A DNA stretch of 63,740 nt, the filler included, from Octopus bimaculoides (Eukaryota): assembly GCF_001194135.2 (NCBI RefSeq). It is 4 parts of 4 records of this genome, joined end to end, with 100 filler letters (N's around TTAATTAATTAA, not from the genome) between each part and the next. Parts side by side here need not be neighbours in the genome. Positions count along the whole stretch, not along the records: positions 13,540 to 33,384 come from NC_068987.1; positions 33,485 to 62,486 come from NC_068988.1; 2 more parts are not named here. One strand, written 5' to 3'. Under the pieces are notes generated by a model. It made no database searches. It saw only the letters and a list, made by a program, of their open reading frames with translations, and was not told the origin of the DNA. Of the stretch, positions 25,481-37,493 are shown in pieces. Position numbers and translations under genes: made by a program. The number at the start of each line of letters is the position of its first letter. The first letter of the stretch is position 1.

Positions 25481-26746
25481 CGAGGGAGAGCCAAAAATTA
25501 TATGCACTCTTGTTTTTTTCAATGTATTTACACAAAAGCAGGGGATAAACAAGTACATCATCTTTCTATGTAGTCTCTTTTTGGTCCAATGGTTCACAAG
25601 CTTGCATATTCCCTCCAAGAATAAGGTTTTTTGGTTGGTTGTGCAATCATTTATGCACTGCTTCCTTCACATCTTTATCTGTAGGAAATCAATGACCTTG
25701 TAAACCATCTTTGAGTGGTAGTCAGAAGGGACAAGATCTGGGTTGTAGGCAGGGGTGTTTTAGCTCCTCAAAACCCAAATGGTTTCAAGTCTGGGCGGCA
25801 GTGTGTGGGTGTGCATTGTCATGCAACAACAAAGCTTTCTTTGACAATAGGCCTCAGTGTTTGATGCAAATTACTGGCCAGCAAAGCACTGTATCTTGCA
25901 CTGTTGATTGTACACCCCTTTTCCAAGTAGTCTTTCAGTATAGGCCCTTTTGAGTCCCAAAACAGGGTTAACATTACTTTTCCCATGGAAGACTGAGTCT
26001 TGAATTTCTTCGTCGCCAGCAAGCTAGGATGTTTCCACTCCATACTCTGTCTTTTGGATTCTGCCTCATAATGATGGATCCACATTTCATCTCTTGTGAC
26101 TATTCTGCCCCAAAATTCATTGCCCTTCATTGTTCTAGCGATCAAGTAAACATTAGTAAACCTCGAAACGTTTGCACTTGTGCTCTGCAGTAAGCTCTTT
26201 TGGCACCCATCTTGCACAGACTTTATGGAAGCTGAGCTCATTGTGGATAATTTGATAGGCAGAACCATGACTAATCTGCAGAGAATGAGCTACTTCTTTG
26301 GTGACAACTTACTGGTTCACCATTACAATCTCTCAAGCTTGCTGAATCTTCTCATCAGTGGCGGAGGTTGACAGATGTCCTGCTCCCTCTTCATGCGTCA
26401 TTTTTGTCCAGCCACTTTTAAACTTCTCAATCCACTCATACACACTTCTATGCAGTAGTGCACTGTCCCTGTATTGTACTAAAACCCTCCAATGAATTTC
26501 AGTGCCTAACAGACTTTCCAACCAAGGAAATCAGATCACTGCTCTTTGTTTTTCTTTGGTACACATTGCTAGTGAAGTGGTCATGCTTACATTGTAAAGC
26601 CAGAAAGAAAAATGGCACAATCAGGCTCAAACTTCGATCACATGACTACAATAGTGCCAGCTATAAGTATGCATGTGCAAAAGGCATTGTGACAATAATA
26701 AAGATATGTTATGATGAAAGTGTGGATAAATTTTGACTTTCCCTCA
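25481..26746 (-). mobile_element. Full-length defective mariner (DD34D), 1266 bp
   Basis: TIRs cgagggagagccaaaaatta / taaattttgactttccctca with flanking TA; RIVTRDEMWIHHY, KVMLTLFWDSKGPIL, LLHDNAHPH, YNPDLVPSDY. Confidence 0.93.
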
Positions 26747-27159
26747 TACATACTGTTATATATGCATACAAACATACATGCCTTCATACATTTGTATTAA
26801 GATCTCTAACCTATCCATCAATGAAGATATATTTAATAATCACTCCTCATATTATAACCAAACCCTCCCAAATAGTGGTTTCCTCGAGAGGATCTAATAT
26901 ATTCCCAATACTAGACTCAAAACTAAACTTCAACTTCTCTTTCCTGGTACAGAATTTAAGTGCCCCTCCCCCAGGCTTACCCCTACTCATCCACATCTAA
27001 CTCCCAGCAGTGTCCTCTGCAGCCAATACTTGTCCAGTGTTCCAACAACCTCAGAGGTGAAATAATCGCTGGCCTCCTCAGGTTAGCCTGTCCAATACTA
27101 CACTGGGTTCTAAAACCTCCAGGAGAAGAAAATGGGAGATCTTACAGTTTGCATCCTCA

Positions 27160-27640
27160 TTCTCCCTCCAGATTAAACCTTTACCCAATCTATTTTTCAA
27201 AACCTTTAGCACTAATTTCCCACCCCACCATAAATATTATCCCATCTTCAACAACTCTATTAAAATATCATACACAACAACTCCTAATTTGGGATCTATA
27301 ATTGCTTGCTCCAATATGCACAAACTTGGCTACGTTATTGTACGCTTTATGAACCACTCATCTGACCCCTACTCTGACCCTGTGGATACCCATACTATAA
27401 TTTTCAGGTGTCCTACCTACCAATTTTATCAGTAGTGATGTTAGCACCATAGCCTCTGATTCATGTAACAATAACATATGTTCTGTACTGGATATGATAA
27501 CACCTATGGGCCTACCTTGAGGATAACTGATCATATGAATTGGCATAGGGGGGAGATTAAACATAAGTCCATCAGTGGGGGGAAAAAACCAGTAAGCTGG
27601 TGATGCCCTGGTGTCTGGCCAGTCTTTGAAAGGACTTGCA
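27160..27640 (+). mobile_element. Penelope-like element fragment
   Basis: LFFKTFSTNFPPHHKYYPIFNNSIKISYTTTPNLGSIIACSNMHKL (PLE RT/GIY-YIG linker); related sequence at 32780-32960. Confidence 0.7.
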
Positions 27641-27674
27641 GGCCAACAGGAATATGACCAGTCAGGTTGTGTGT

Positions 27675-27713
<39 letters not shown>

Positions 27714-27723
27714 NNNNNNNNNN

Positions 27724-27768
<45 letters not shown>

Positions 27769-28031
27769 GTACCAAATATGTATGAGTGCATGAATGTGGT
27801 TGTCTAATGCCTATGCATGTGTATCAGCTAAGTATGTTTGGGGGTTTGGGGAATACATTTGTGTGTAAGCTTGCATGTGAATGAGAGCTAAATGCCATCA
27901 GCTCATTGAGGCATATATGCATGTTTGCTAGAGTATATATGTATAGGTGTGGGTGCATATCAGTCGTTTTTGAATACTCGTATGCACAAATATCTGAGAG
28001 TCCATGTCACCTGTGTTTGTATCATTTGTAT

Positions 28032-28067
<36 letters not shown>

Positions 28068-28229
28068 GCAAATTAGTGTGTTTAAGATGCATGCATGGGT
28101 GTGTGTATGTATAGATGATTGGTGAATGTGTGTAAGTACATTCTTGTATTTTTACGGGAATGTGTACCTAGAAGAATATGCATGCAAGCAGGCATATGTT
28201 TTTATCTGGTATATGTTTGTGTGTGTACA

Positions 28230-28950
28230 TCATCATCATTGTCATCATCGTATAACATCTGCATTCCATGCTGGCATGGGTTGGATGGTTTAACTGAAAA
28301 CTGGTAAGCTGGTGGGGCTGCACCAGTTTCCTATCTGATTCGACAAAGTTTCTATGACTGGAAGCCCTTCATAATGCCAAACACTCCAAGAGTGTAGTGG
28401 GAGCTTTTTACATGTCACTGGCACAGGTGCCATTGACCTGACACCAGCATCAGCCATGTCTATGGTCTCGCTTGACTTGACAGGTCAAAACGAACACAGT
28501 GTATTGCCATGGGTCTTGGTCACCTGTTACTGACTCCATGAGGCCCAATGCTCGAATGGTGCTTTTTACATGCCACTGGCATGGGTGCCAATCAGAGAGC
28601 ACTGGCATTGGTCATGACTACAATTTCACTTGGTTCAACAAGTCTTCACAAGCACAGCATATTTCCCAACGATTGAAGGGTGCATTTAATGGGCCTGTTA
28701 CGTGACACTGGCATCAGCCACAACTATGATCTCACTTGGTTTGATGGGTCTTCTCAAGCACAGCATATCTCCAAAGGTCTCGGTTGCTTGTTATTGCATC
28801 TGTGAAGCCCGACATTTAAAGATCATGCTTCACCACCTCGTCCCATGTTTTCCTGGGTCTACCTCTTCCACAAGTTCCCGCCACTGTTAGAATGCGACGC
28901 TTCTTCACACAGCTGTCCTCATCCATACACATCACATCACCATACCAGTG
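28230..28950 (-). mobile_element. RTE 3' fragment
   Basis: Same family as 21925-22760 and 56000-56600. Confidence 0.8.
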
Positions 28951-29008
28951 CAGTCATCTCTGTATTTATGTATGTATGAATGCATGTATGTTTGTATATC
29001 AATAAGTA

Positions 29009-29931
29009 AGTTGAATCTTGGTAGGGCACCTGGAAAGGATGGAATTTGTGCTGAGGTTTTGCAATTTGGTGGTAATTACATCACACAGTCCCTTCATGAA
29101 CTTATTAATGCAGTCCGGAGGGATGGTGCAATCCCTAAAGACTGGAAGGATGCAATTATTCTTCCTCTATATAAAGGAAAAGGAGCCAGAACAATGTGTG
29201 GTAACTCCAGAGGTATTGCTCTACTATCAGCTGCTGGCAAGGTTCTGACAAATATTCTTCTTACCCGACTGAATGGGTGTCTCGTAAATGATGTCCTATC
29301 TGAATCTCTCAATGTGGCTTCCGATCTGGTAGAGGTACAATGGATATGATTTTCACAGCAAGACAGATGCAGGAGAAGTGCTATAAGCAGAATATGGATC
29401 TTGTCCAGGTATTCATTGATTTAACAAAGGCCTTTGATACTGTAAATAGGGCCTTTCTATGGAAAATACTTGGCAAACTTGGATGTCTGGATCACTTTGT
29501 ATCTATAATTAAATCATTTCATGATGGAATGGAGGCTTGGGTCAATGTTGGTGGTGGCATGGCGGGACCCATTCCTGTAGAGAATGGTGTCAAGCAGGGT
29601 GACATCCTTGCCCCAACTCTCTTTTCTTTGTACTTTGCTGCTGCTTTTACTCATGCTTTTGCTAAGGTTAGCTCTCTGGGAATATATGTCAGATATCGAT
29701 CTTCTGGCCGCCTCTTTAATCTTCGCCGATTTGCTGCCAATTCAAAGGTTCTCCAGTCTACTGTTCGTGACCTCCTTTATGCAGATGACTGTGACTTAGT
29801 CACTCATACAGTGGATGACATGCAAATACTCATGAATTGCATTTCTGCTTCTTGCAAGGCATTTGGACTTAGCATTAGCCTGGACAAGACTGTTGTAATG
29901 TTCCAGCCTGCACCAGGAAATCCATATGTGA
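29009..29931 (+). mobile_element. Well-preserved RTE (BovB/RTE-1-like) RT region, running into a gap
   Basis: RAPGKDGI, PKDWKDAII, FIDLTKAFDTVNR, GVKQGDILAPTLF, RYRSSGRLFNLRR, LLYADD; one frameshift near 29310, no stops seen. Confidence 0.95.
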
Positions 29932-30697
29932 NNNNNNNNNNNNNNNNNNNNNNNNNNNNNNNNNNNNNNNNNNNNNNNNNNNNNNNNNNNNNNNNNNNNN
30001 NNNNNNNNNNNNNNNNNNNNNNNNNNNNNNNNNNNNNNNNNNNNNNNNNNNNNNNNNNNNNNNNNNNNNNNNNNNNNNNNNNNNNNNNNNNNNNNNNNNN
30101 NNNNNNNNNNNNNNNNNNNNNNNNNNNNNNNNNNNNNNNNNNNNNNNNNNNNNNNNNNNNNNNNNNNNNNNNNNNNNNNNNNNNNNNNNNNNNNNNNNNN
30201 NNNNNNNNNNNNNNNNNNNNNNNNNNNNNNNNNNNNNNNNNNNNNNNNNNNNNNNNNNNNNNNNNNNNNNNNNNNNNNNNNNNNNNNNNNNNNNNNNNNN
30301 NNNNNNNNNNNNNNNNNNNNNNNNNNNNNNNNNNNNNNNNNNNNNNNNNNNNNNNNNNNNNNNNNNNNNNNNNNNNNNNNNNNNNNNNNNNNNNNNNNNN
30401 NNNNNNNNNNNNNNNNNNNNNNNNNNNNNNNNNNNNNNNNNNNNNNNNNNNNNNNNNNNNNNNNNNNNNNNNNNNNNNNNNNNNNNNNNNNNNNNNNNNN
30501 NNNNNNNNNNNNNNNNNNNNNNNNNNNNNNNNNNNNNNNNNNNNNNNNNNNNNNNNNNNNNNNNNNNNNNNNNNNNNNNNNNNNNNNNNNNNNNNNNNNN
30601 NNNNNNNNNNNNNNNNNNNNNNNNNNNNNNNNNNNNNNNNNNNNNNNNNNNNNNNNNNNNNNNNNNGTGTGTGTGTGTGTGTGTGTGTGTATACGCA

Positions 30698-30764
<67 letters not shown>

Positions 30765-30907
30765 ACATGCTAATATATGACCTACGTTAGACTCCTCATA
30801 TGCATATTCTCTGAACCTGAAGCTTAACTATATAGTCTGTCCATAGCATTTACTCAGCATTACCTGACACCTTTGGGTCTTCTTGTCACCATTACCTCTC
30901 ATAGCCT

Positions 30908-30944
<37 letters not shown>

Positions 30945-30947
<3 letters not shown>

Positions 30948-31329
30948 TTTTACTTGTTTCAGTCATTTGACTGTGGCCATGCTGGAGCACCACCTTTTAG
31001 TCGAGCTAATCGACCCCAGGACTTATTCTTTGTAAGCCTAGTACTTATTCTATCGGTCTCTTTAGCTGAACCATTAAGTTACGGGGATGTAAACACACCA
31101 GCATCGGTTGTCAAGCGATGTTGGGGGGACAAACACAGACACACAAACATATACACACACATATACATTTATATATACATATATATGACAGGCTTAAATC
31201 CACTCACAAGGCTTTGGTCGGCCCGAAGCTATAGTAGAAGACACTTGCCCAAGGTGCCACGCAGTGGGACTGAACCCAGAACCATGTGGTTCGTAAGCAA
31301 GCTACTTACCACACAGCCACTCTTACGCC

Positions 31330-31390
<61 letters not shown>

Positions 31391-32100
31391 TAAGAAGCTT
31401 GCTTCCCAACCACATGGTTCCAGGTTCAGTCCCACTGCGTGGCATCTTGGGCAAGTGTCTTCTACTATAGTCTCAGGTCGACCAAAGCCTTATGAGTGGA
31501 TCCAAACCCGTCATATATATATATATATATATGCATAGGAGTGGCTGTGTGGTAAGTAGCTTGCTTACCAACCACATGGTTCTGGGTTCAGTCCCACTGT
31601 GTGGCACCTTGGACAAATGTCTTCTACTATAGCCTCGGGCAGACCAAAGCCTTGTCAGTGGATTTGGTAGACGGAAACTGAAAGAAGCCTGTCGTATATA
31701 TGTGTGTGTATATGTTTGCGTGTCTGTGTTTGTCCCCCCAACATCACTTGACAACCGATGCTGGTGTGTTTACGTCCCCGTAACTTATCGGCTCAGCAAA
31801 AGAGACAGATAGAATAAGTCGTGGGGTCGATTTGCTTGACTAAAGGTGGTGCTCCAACATGGCCACAGTCAAATGACTGAAACAAGTAAAAGAGTAAAAG
31901 TGATATATATTTATGTGTGTGTGTGTATGTGTGTCTGTGTTTGTACCCTGCTATCGCTTGACAATTGATGCTAGTGTGTTTATGTCCCTGTAACTTAGCA
32001 GTTCAGCAAAAGAAACTGCTAGGATAAGTACGAGGCTTACAAAGAATAAGTCCAGGGGATGATTTCTTTGACTAAAAGCCTTTAAGACTGAAACAATAAA
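30945..32100. mobile_element. Cluster of microsatellite-containing tRNA-derived SINEs in opposite orientations
   Basis: - copy 30945-31325; + copies 31385-31510, 31535-31900, 31930-32100 (ggagtggctgtgtggtaag...gactgaaacaagtaaaag). Other copies at ~2010, 5990, 14160, 34760, 39725, 41325. Confidence 0.88.
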
Positions 32101-32779
32101 AGAATATGTATATAAGCATGTTCTTGGTACTTATGTATGTGAGCATGACAGATGTATGTTAGTGTTGTTGCAGCATTGATGGGGTGGAGAGGGCAGAATT
32201 AGCATTGGGCCGAGGTTTGGTGGTGTGAGGGAGATAGAAAAAAGAGAGGAAAAGCATATGTACATAGATGTGTGTGTGTGTGTGTGTGTGTGCGTGCGCG
32301 CGTGTGGAAGCAAACAAGAGTTTATAGGGAAGCATAAGTTTGGGAGATCAGCCTCTGCTCTGGTCTGCATAGGCAGTGGTCTGCACAGGCATCAGTGGTT
32401 AGGAAATTCCTACCTATCCTAGCAGTAGTAGGGATAACACTAATGCCCCTGCAATTAGGAACATTAACACTGGTAACTATAGCAATGAGAATACTACACA
32501 TCCTTCCTTTAATTTTCATACAGCTAGAGAGGATTTAAACTCACACTTGAATTAGACTCATCAACCTACCTATACATTATCTAGTAATAACTCTAAGGTT
32601 GTGAATTCTAATACAAATCTTTGAAGCACTGTTTTCCCAAGTCTCAAGAGCCTTGGTGGTCCTGGAATAAATACTACCCAAGACAACCATTATCAATTAG
32701 GTCCACTTATTCACTATAATCATAAGCCTGGTTTATCTCTCTGACAATCTCTCTGATAATCTCTCTGATAAGCCTGACT

Positions 32780-33150
32780 TATCTCCCTTCCCACCTCCAT
32801 AGTAGAGACACTAACACCTCTGTTCTTACTTTGAGGATAAATGATCACATTGAACAACATAGAACACTGATAGAGCATCAACCCACTGGTTGTAGGAGAA
32901 ATTGTAACTGTTGGGTCTCCCAACTCTGTTAAATGGGTTTTGATTGTGCTATAATGTGCTATATAAATGTTAGGTCACAACACCATCTTCCCACCAAGGG
33001 GATACATTTGACTTTAAGTGCACTAACTCGTTCACCTAAGCTCCTTCCCAAGTTTAGGGCCTCTAAATTAGCTATATCCCTAACCACTTCCAAACACTGG
33101 CTCAAGTCCCAGGGTATACCTTATACCTTATCCTGATCCATAGTTTGTGG
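32780..33150 (+). mobile_element. Penelope-like fragment, GIY-YIG region
   Basis: YINVRSQ...KFRASKLAI..HWLKSQGIPYTLS*SIV resembles the PLE GIY-YIG tail (LK..GIPY.I.WSI). Confidence 0.6.
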
Positions 33151-33350
33151 TGGAACCCCATACAATGCTAACATTTGCATTTGTAAATTATGTTTTTGTA
33201 AATTATGTTGCTGGGAATCACTCACAATATTATGCCAAAATTCTCTCATAATTTTCTCTTGCAGACAATAATTCTATAGTACTGTTGCTCATTATGTAAG
33301 TTCAGTAAAATTTCTCCTCATTTTAGTTAAAATCATTTTCTCATAGACTT

Positions 33351-33384
<34 letters not shown>

Positions 33385-33484
33385 NNNNNNNNNNNNNNNN
33401 NNNNNNNNNNNNNNNNNNNNNNNNNNNNTTAATTAATTAANNNNNNNNNNNNNNNNNNNNNNNNNNNNNNNNNNNNNNNNNNNN

Positions 33485-33565
<81 letters not shown>

Positions 33566-33648
33566 TTTATAGGAGTAGGTAGAAGGTGGAAAACGAGGTT
33601 CTAGAATAAAAGAATAAGGGTATATAATTCGAACATAGAAGATCAGTT

Positions 33649-33692
33649 TTCCCAGAATGCATCAGTAACTCGTCCATTTTGCGTGGAGCCAA
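33649..33692 (+). promoter_or_regulatory. Putative eIF3d promoter / 5' leader motifs
   Basis: TTCCCAGAATGCATC (ZNF143/Staf-like, 33649), GTCCATTTTG (YY1-like, ~33672) and CCAAT (~33688) cluster just before the ATG, in locally CpG-retaining DNA. Motif matches by eye only. Confidence 0.5.
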
Positions 33693-33724
33693 TTTGACTG
33701 CGGGTTTGGTGTTTTTGAGTCAAA

Positions 33725-33847
33725 ATGTATGGATTTGTATTGCCTCCACTTCATTTTAACTCCAGTGGATGGGGACCTACCGATATACCCAAGAAATTTG
33801 ATGAATTACCGTATCAACCATTCTCTAAGGGAGACAGATTAGGAAAG
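33725..33847 (+). CDS. EIF3D: eIF3d coding exon 1
   Basis: [41 protein letters not shown]; aaaATG context; donor AAG|gtttgt; 123 nt, phase 0. Confidence 0.95.
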
Positions 33848-34910
33848 GTTTGTTACTTTCTGCTTTAAATTGTTGCCAACGAGGAACTGTTTTATAGAAA
33901 TATTTTATTTTCAAATAGTTTTTACAGTTTAAAGTATCTATCTATTAATCACAAGAATATTGAAGCGGAATTCTGTGGGGAAAATCGTCGTTGTCCGTCG
34001 AATTCGCATCCCTCATGGGAAAGGAAGTTTTTTCTTTTTCATCAATTCCTAAAAGACAAGTATTCTGAACATATTCCCCACTCAATTTTCACATTCTTGT
34101 TCCCCCTTATTTTCAATTCTCTCACTTCTCATATTCTGTCTATTATTTCTATATGTGTATCAACTGACAGCCAATATGTTAGAACTAGTATTTGTTAGAA
34201 ATACATCGATTGTCATTGTACTAAAATGTCTTACCGCCTGTTTGTACTTTCAGATTGGTAAATTAACTGGGAATTGGCCGTCCTTCCGTTCATACGATAC
34301 TTTTAACAGCATTCATACGAAATAAAGTTAGAAATTATCGAGTGCATCTTAAACCGTAATTTCTTCAGATCTGTGTGTTTTAAGCACTGTAAATGACGAT
34401 ACAATATACAAATGGAATGTGATGCAGCCTCCTTTTCCCGTAATTTTTCAGTTTTGAGTTGTTCTCTAATGTCTTGTGTTACACATTGGCAATCAAGCGT
34501 ACACGGTAGACTTGTCGGATGTGACGTTTTCAAAAACCATACATGCCGACATTCAATCCTGTACAAAACGGAAGTGATGGCAAAACAGCTATAATTTTAA
34601 TCTTTCCCTACACATGGAACTTATCTTAACATCCGGCATATATATAATTATATCATCAACTACAAAACGTTAATTGAGTCAATTTGATTTTATGTTTATA
34701 AAGTTAAATCAGTTTAATTAATCTTAATAGTCATGTATATAGACAGTATATTAATCACGTCGGCTGTCTGGTTAAGAAGTTCGCTTCCCAATCAAGAGGT
34801 TCACTTTTTTCGCATGGAACCTTGGGCATCTTTAACCTTTTACTGTAGCCTCTGTCTCACTACTTGTGAGTGAATTTGATAGAAACTGAAAAAAGCCCGT
34901 GGTGTGTGTT

Positions 34911-34946
<36 letters not shown>

Positions 34947-35308
34947 ACAACTACACGCACCTATACCCCCTACACAACTCCTCATTCACACATGCACAAA
35001 CACACACAAAATGTACACATACCCACGCACACACAGATGAACCCACACCCACAGCACTCAATTATACATACAAGCACAGACACAACCTCACGCGCACCCA
35101 CATACCCGCTATCATTACACACACACTCCTCTTGCACTCTTCTGTCTTTGAAAAGAACTTTTTCTCCACCCTTTCCCTTCCTGTATTTCCAATATGTGAC
35201 CGCGTGTGCATCGTTGGCGATTTTCTTTCTCTGTCTTCCCTTTGAACTTTTCTTATATTACTGACGAAGAGCTCCGCTCGAAACGTTATGACCTCCTTTC
35301 TTTTCTTC

Positions 35309-35343
<35 letters not shown>

Positions 35344-37121
35344 TATGTGTGTGTATATATATGGTAATCTTCAAGTTTAGGGGGATAAAAAAATAAATAA
35401 AAATATTCAAGGGAAGTAACTGAACGTCTTACCAGTATTCTCCGTACATCTCTGTTTATAAATAAATCACACACGTGATTTGATTGACGTTAGGGTGTGA
35501 TTTATTTATAAACAGCTAGAAGAAAACGGATGATACTGGTAAGTCGTTCAGTTATTTCCCTTGAATATTGTTATTTACTTTTTTCGACACACTTCTGTGT
35601 CGATAAGCCAGCTGGAGGAGATGTCCTCCTGGGGCTAAAAGCAACAGTAACATCCACCCCTAGGGGTCAGCCANNNNNNNNNNTAACATCCACCCCTAGG
35701 GGTCAGCCACATTTAAGTGCAGTTACTGTTAATACCTCATTTAGAGAATTAACATTGCTTATATATATACAGTTATATAAAAATTTAGTGGGAGATAAGT
35801 AGTAAAAGAAGCAAAGGGACTAAGGGTATTCGGTGGCATAGATAGTCTGAAGAAAGTGTTCTGAAATGCCGATTTTTTTTTTTTTTTTGCAATTTCGGAA
35901 TTTCCGCTGTCGAAAAGGTGGGGGTACTATTCAAGAAGAGTGGTCCCGATGCGCGCAATCGTGCATCCGCGCTAGCGAGTCGTGACTAGTCGATCATACG
36001 ACTACCTAGCGCGAGTGTGCGTCATGCGCAAAACATGAATGAGGGTTTTTTCTAAACAAAGTAAATAAATTATACACTACCTGTTTTTGGTTAAGAGTCC
36101 ATTAAAAAGTCGGTCTTTCAAAATCTACTGTTGTTCAATGGTATCAGTATATGAGGGACATTACAAGTAATTATCTTTTGCGTAACCCCTACCGAATTGG
36201 TAGAAATAGATGAAACTGTGATGTGCAAGCGCAAATACAACGGAGGATGGGATAGAGAGGATAAAAATAGGTTTTTAGTCTTTGTACCTGACCGTTCTTC
36301 TGAAACTCTTCGACCACGACTATATTTTCTGATTGTTGGAGTGCATACAATGGGATTACTGAAATAGATGTGATTCAACAAAAAAATTATTTACTTTGTT
36401 TTAAAAAAACCCTCACATGTTTTGCGCATTCGCGCTAGATAGTCGATGTAGGATCGACTAGTCACGACTATAGCGCGGATCGTGCCCTCGCGCATCCGCG
36501 CAAGTTAGTCCTACGACTACCTAGCGCGAGTGCGCGTATGCAAATTATCTAGACGAATTTCTCTGGCGAGAACAATATGGAATAACTGGAAATGAATGTT
36601 TTGAAAACATTCTGAAGCACCTTTTAGAATGGTTCACATTCAAGTAAGTCAAGTCAACTTCAACATTTTATTTTATTGTTTGGTGAAAGATTCAACAAAA
36701 AAAAATATTTACTTTGTTGAAAAAAAAAACCCCTTCATACATGTTTTACGCATGCGCGCGTGATTTTTTAATCCATTAATTTGCATACGCGCGTTCGCGC
36801 TAGGTAGTCGTAGGATCGACTAGTCACGACTAGTTAGCGCGGATGCGCGAGTACGCGCACCGGGTCTTCAATGCACTAAAATCTTTATTTCCCTTGATAT
36901 GTGTTGCTGAAATTGTAGTGCATCTAATGTGCTATCAAAATATATTATTTTACATTGATACAATAAAATATTGTTATCTCTCTCTGATATCTGTTCACTA
37001 TTAATACTACATATGTTTAATATTCAGTTATTGTATGTTATGTCTGTTTATTGTAATTAGGTATCTGACTGGACTGGTGCCACTTATCAAGATAAAAGAT
37101 ATTTAGGTATGTTATTAATTT

Positions 37122-37166
<45 letters not shown>

Positions 37167-37461
37167 NNNNNNNNNNNNNNNNNNNNNNNNNNNNNNNNNN
37201 NNNNNNNNNNNNNNNNNNNNNNNNNNNNNNNNNNNNNNNNNNNNNNNNNNNNNNNNNNNNNNNNNNNNNNNNNNNNNNNNNNNNNNNNNNNNNNNNNNNN
37301 NNNCCGCGCTAGCTAGTCTTGAGTGGTCGATCCTAACCCTAACCCTATCCCGCGTGTGCAAATGAATACGTGTTTAGGGTTAGGGTTAGGATCGACCACT
37401 CACGACTAGCTAGCGCGGACGCGTGACTGCGCGTTCGGGTCCGCGCTGCTTTAGTAGTACC

Positions 37462-37493
<32 letters not shown>

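Noticed and set aside
35648-35709. 26-bp direct repeat either side of a 10-N gap
   Set aside because: Typical unmerged contig overlap
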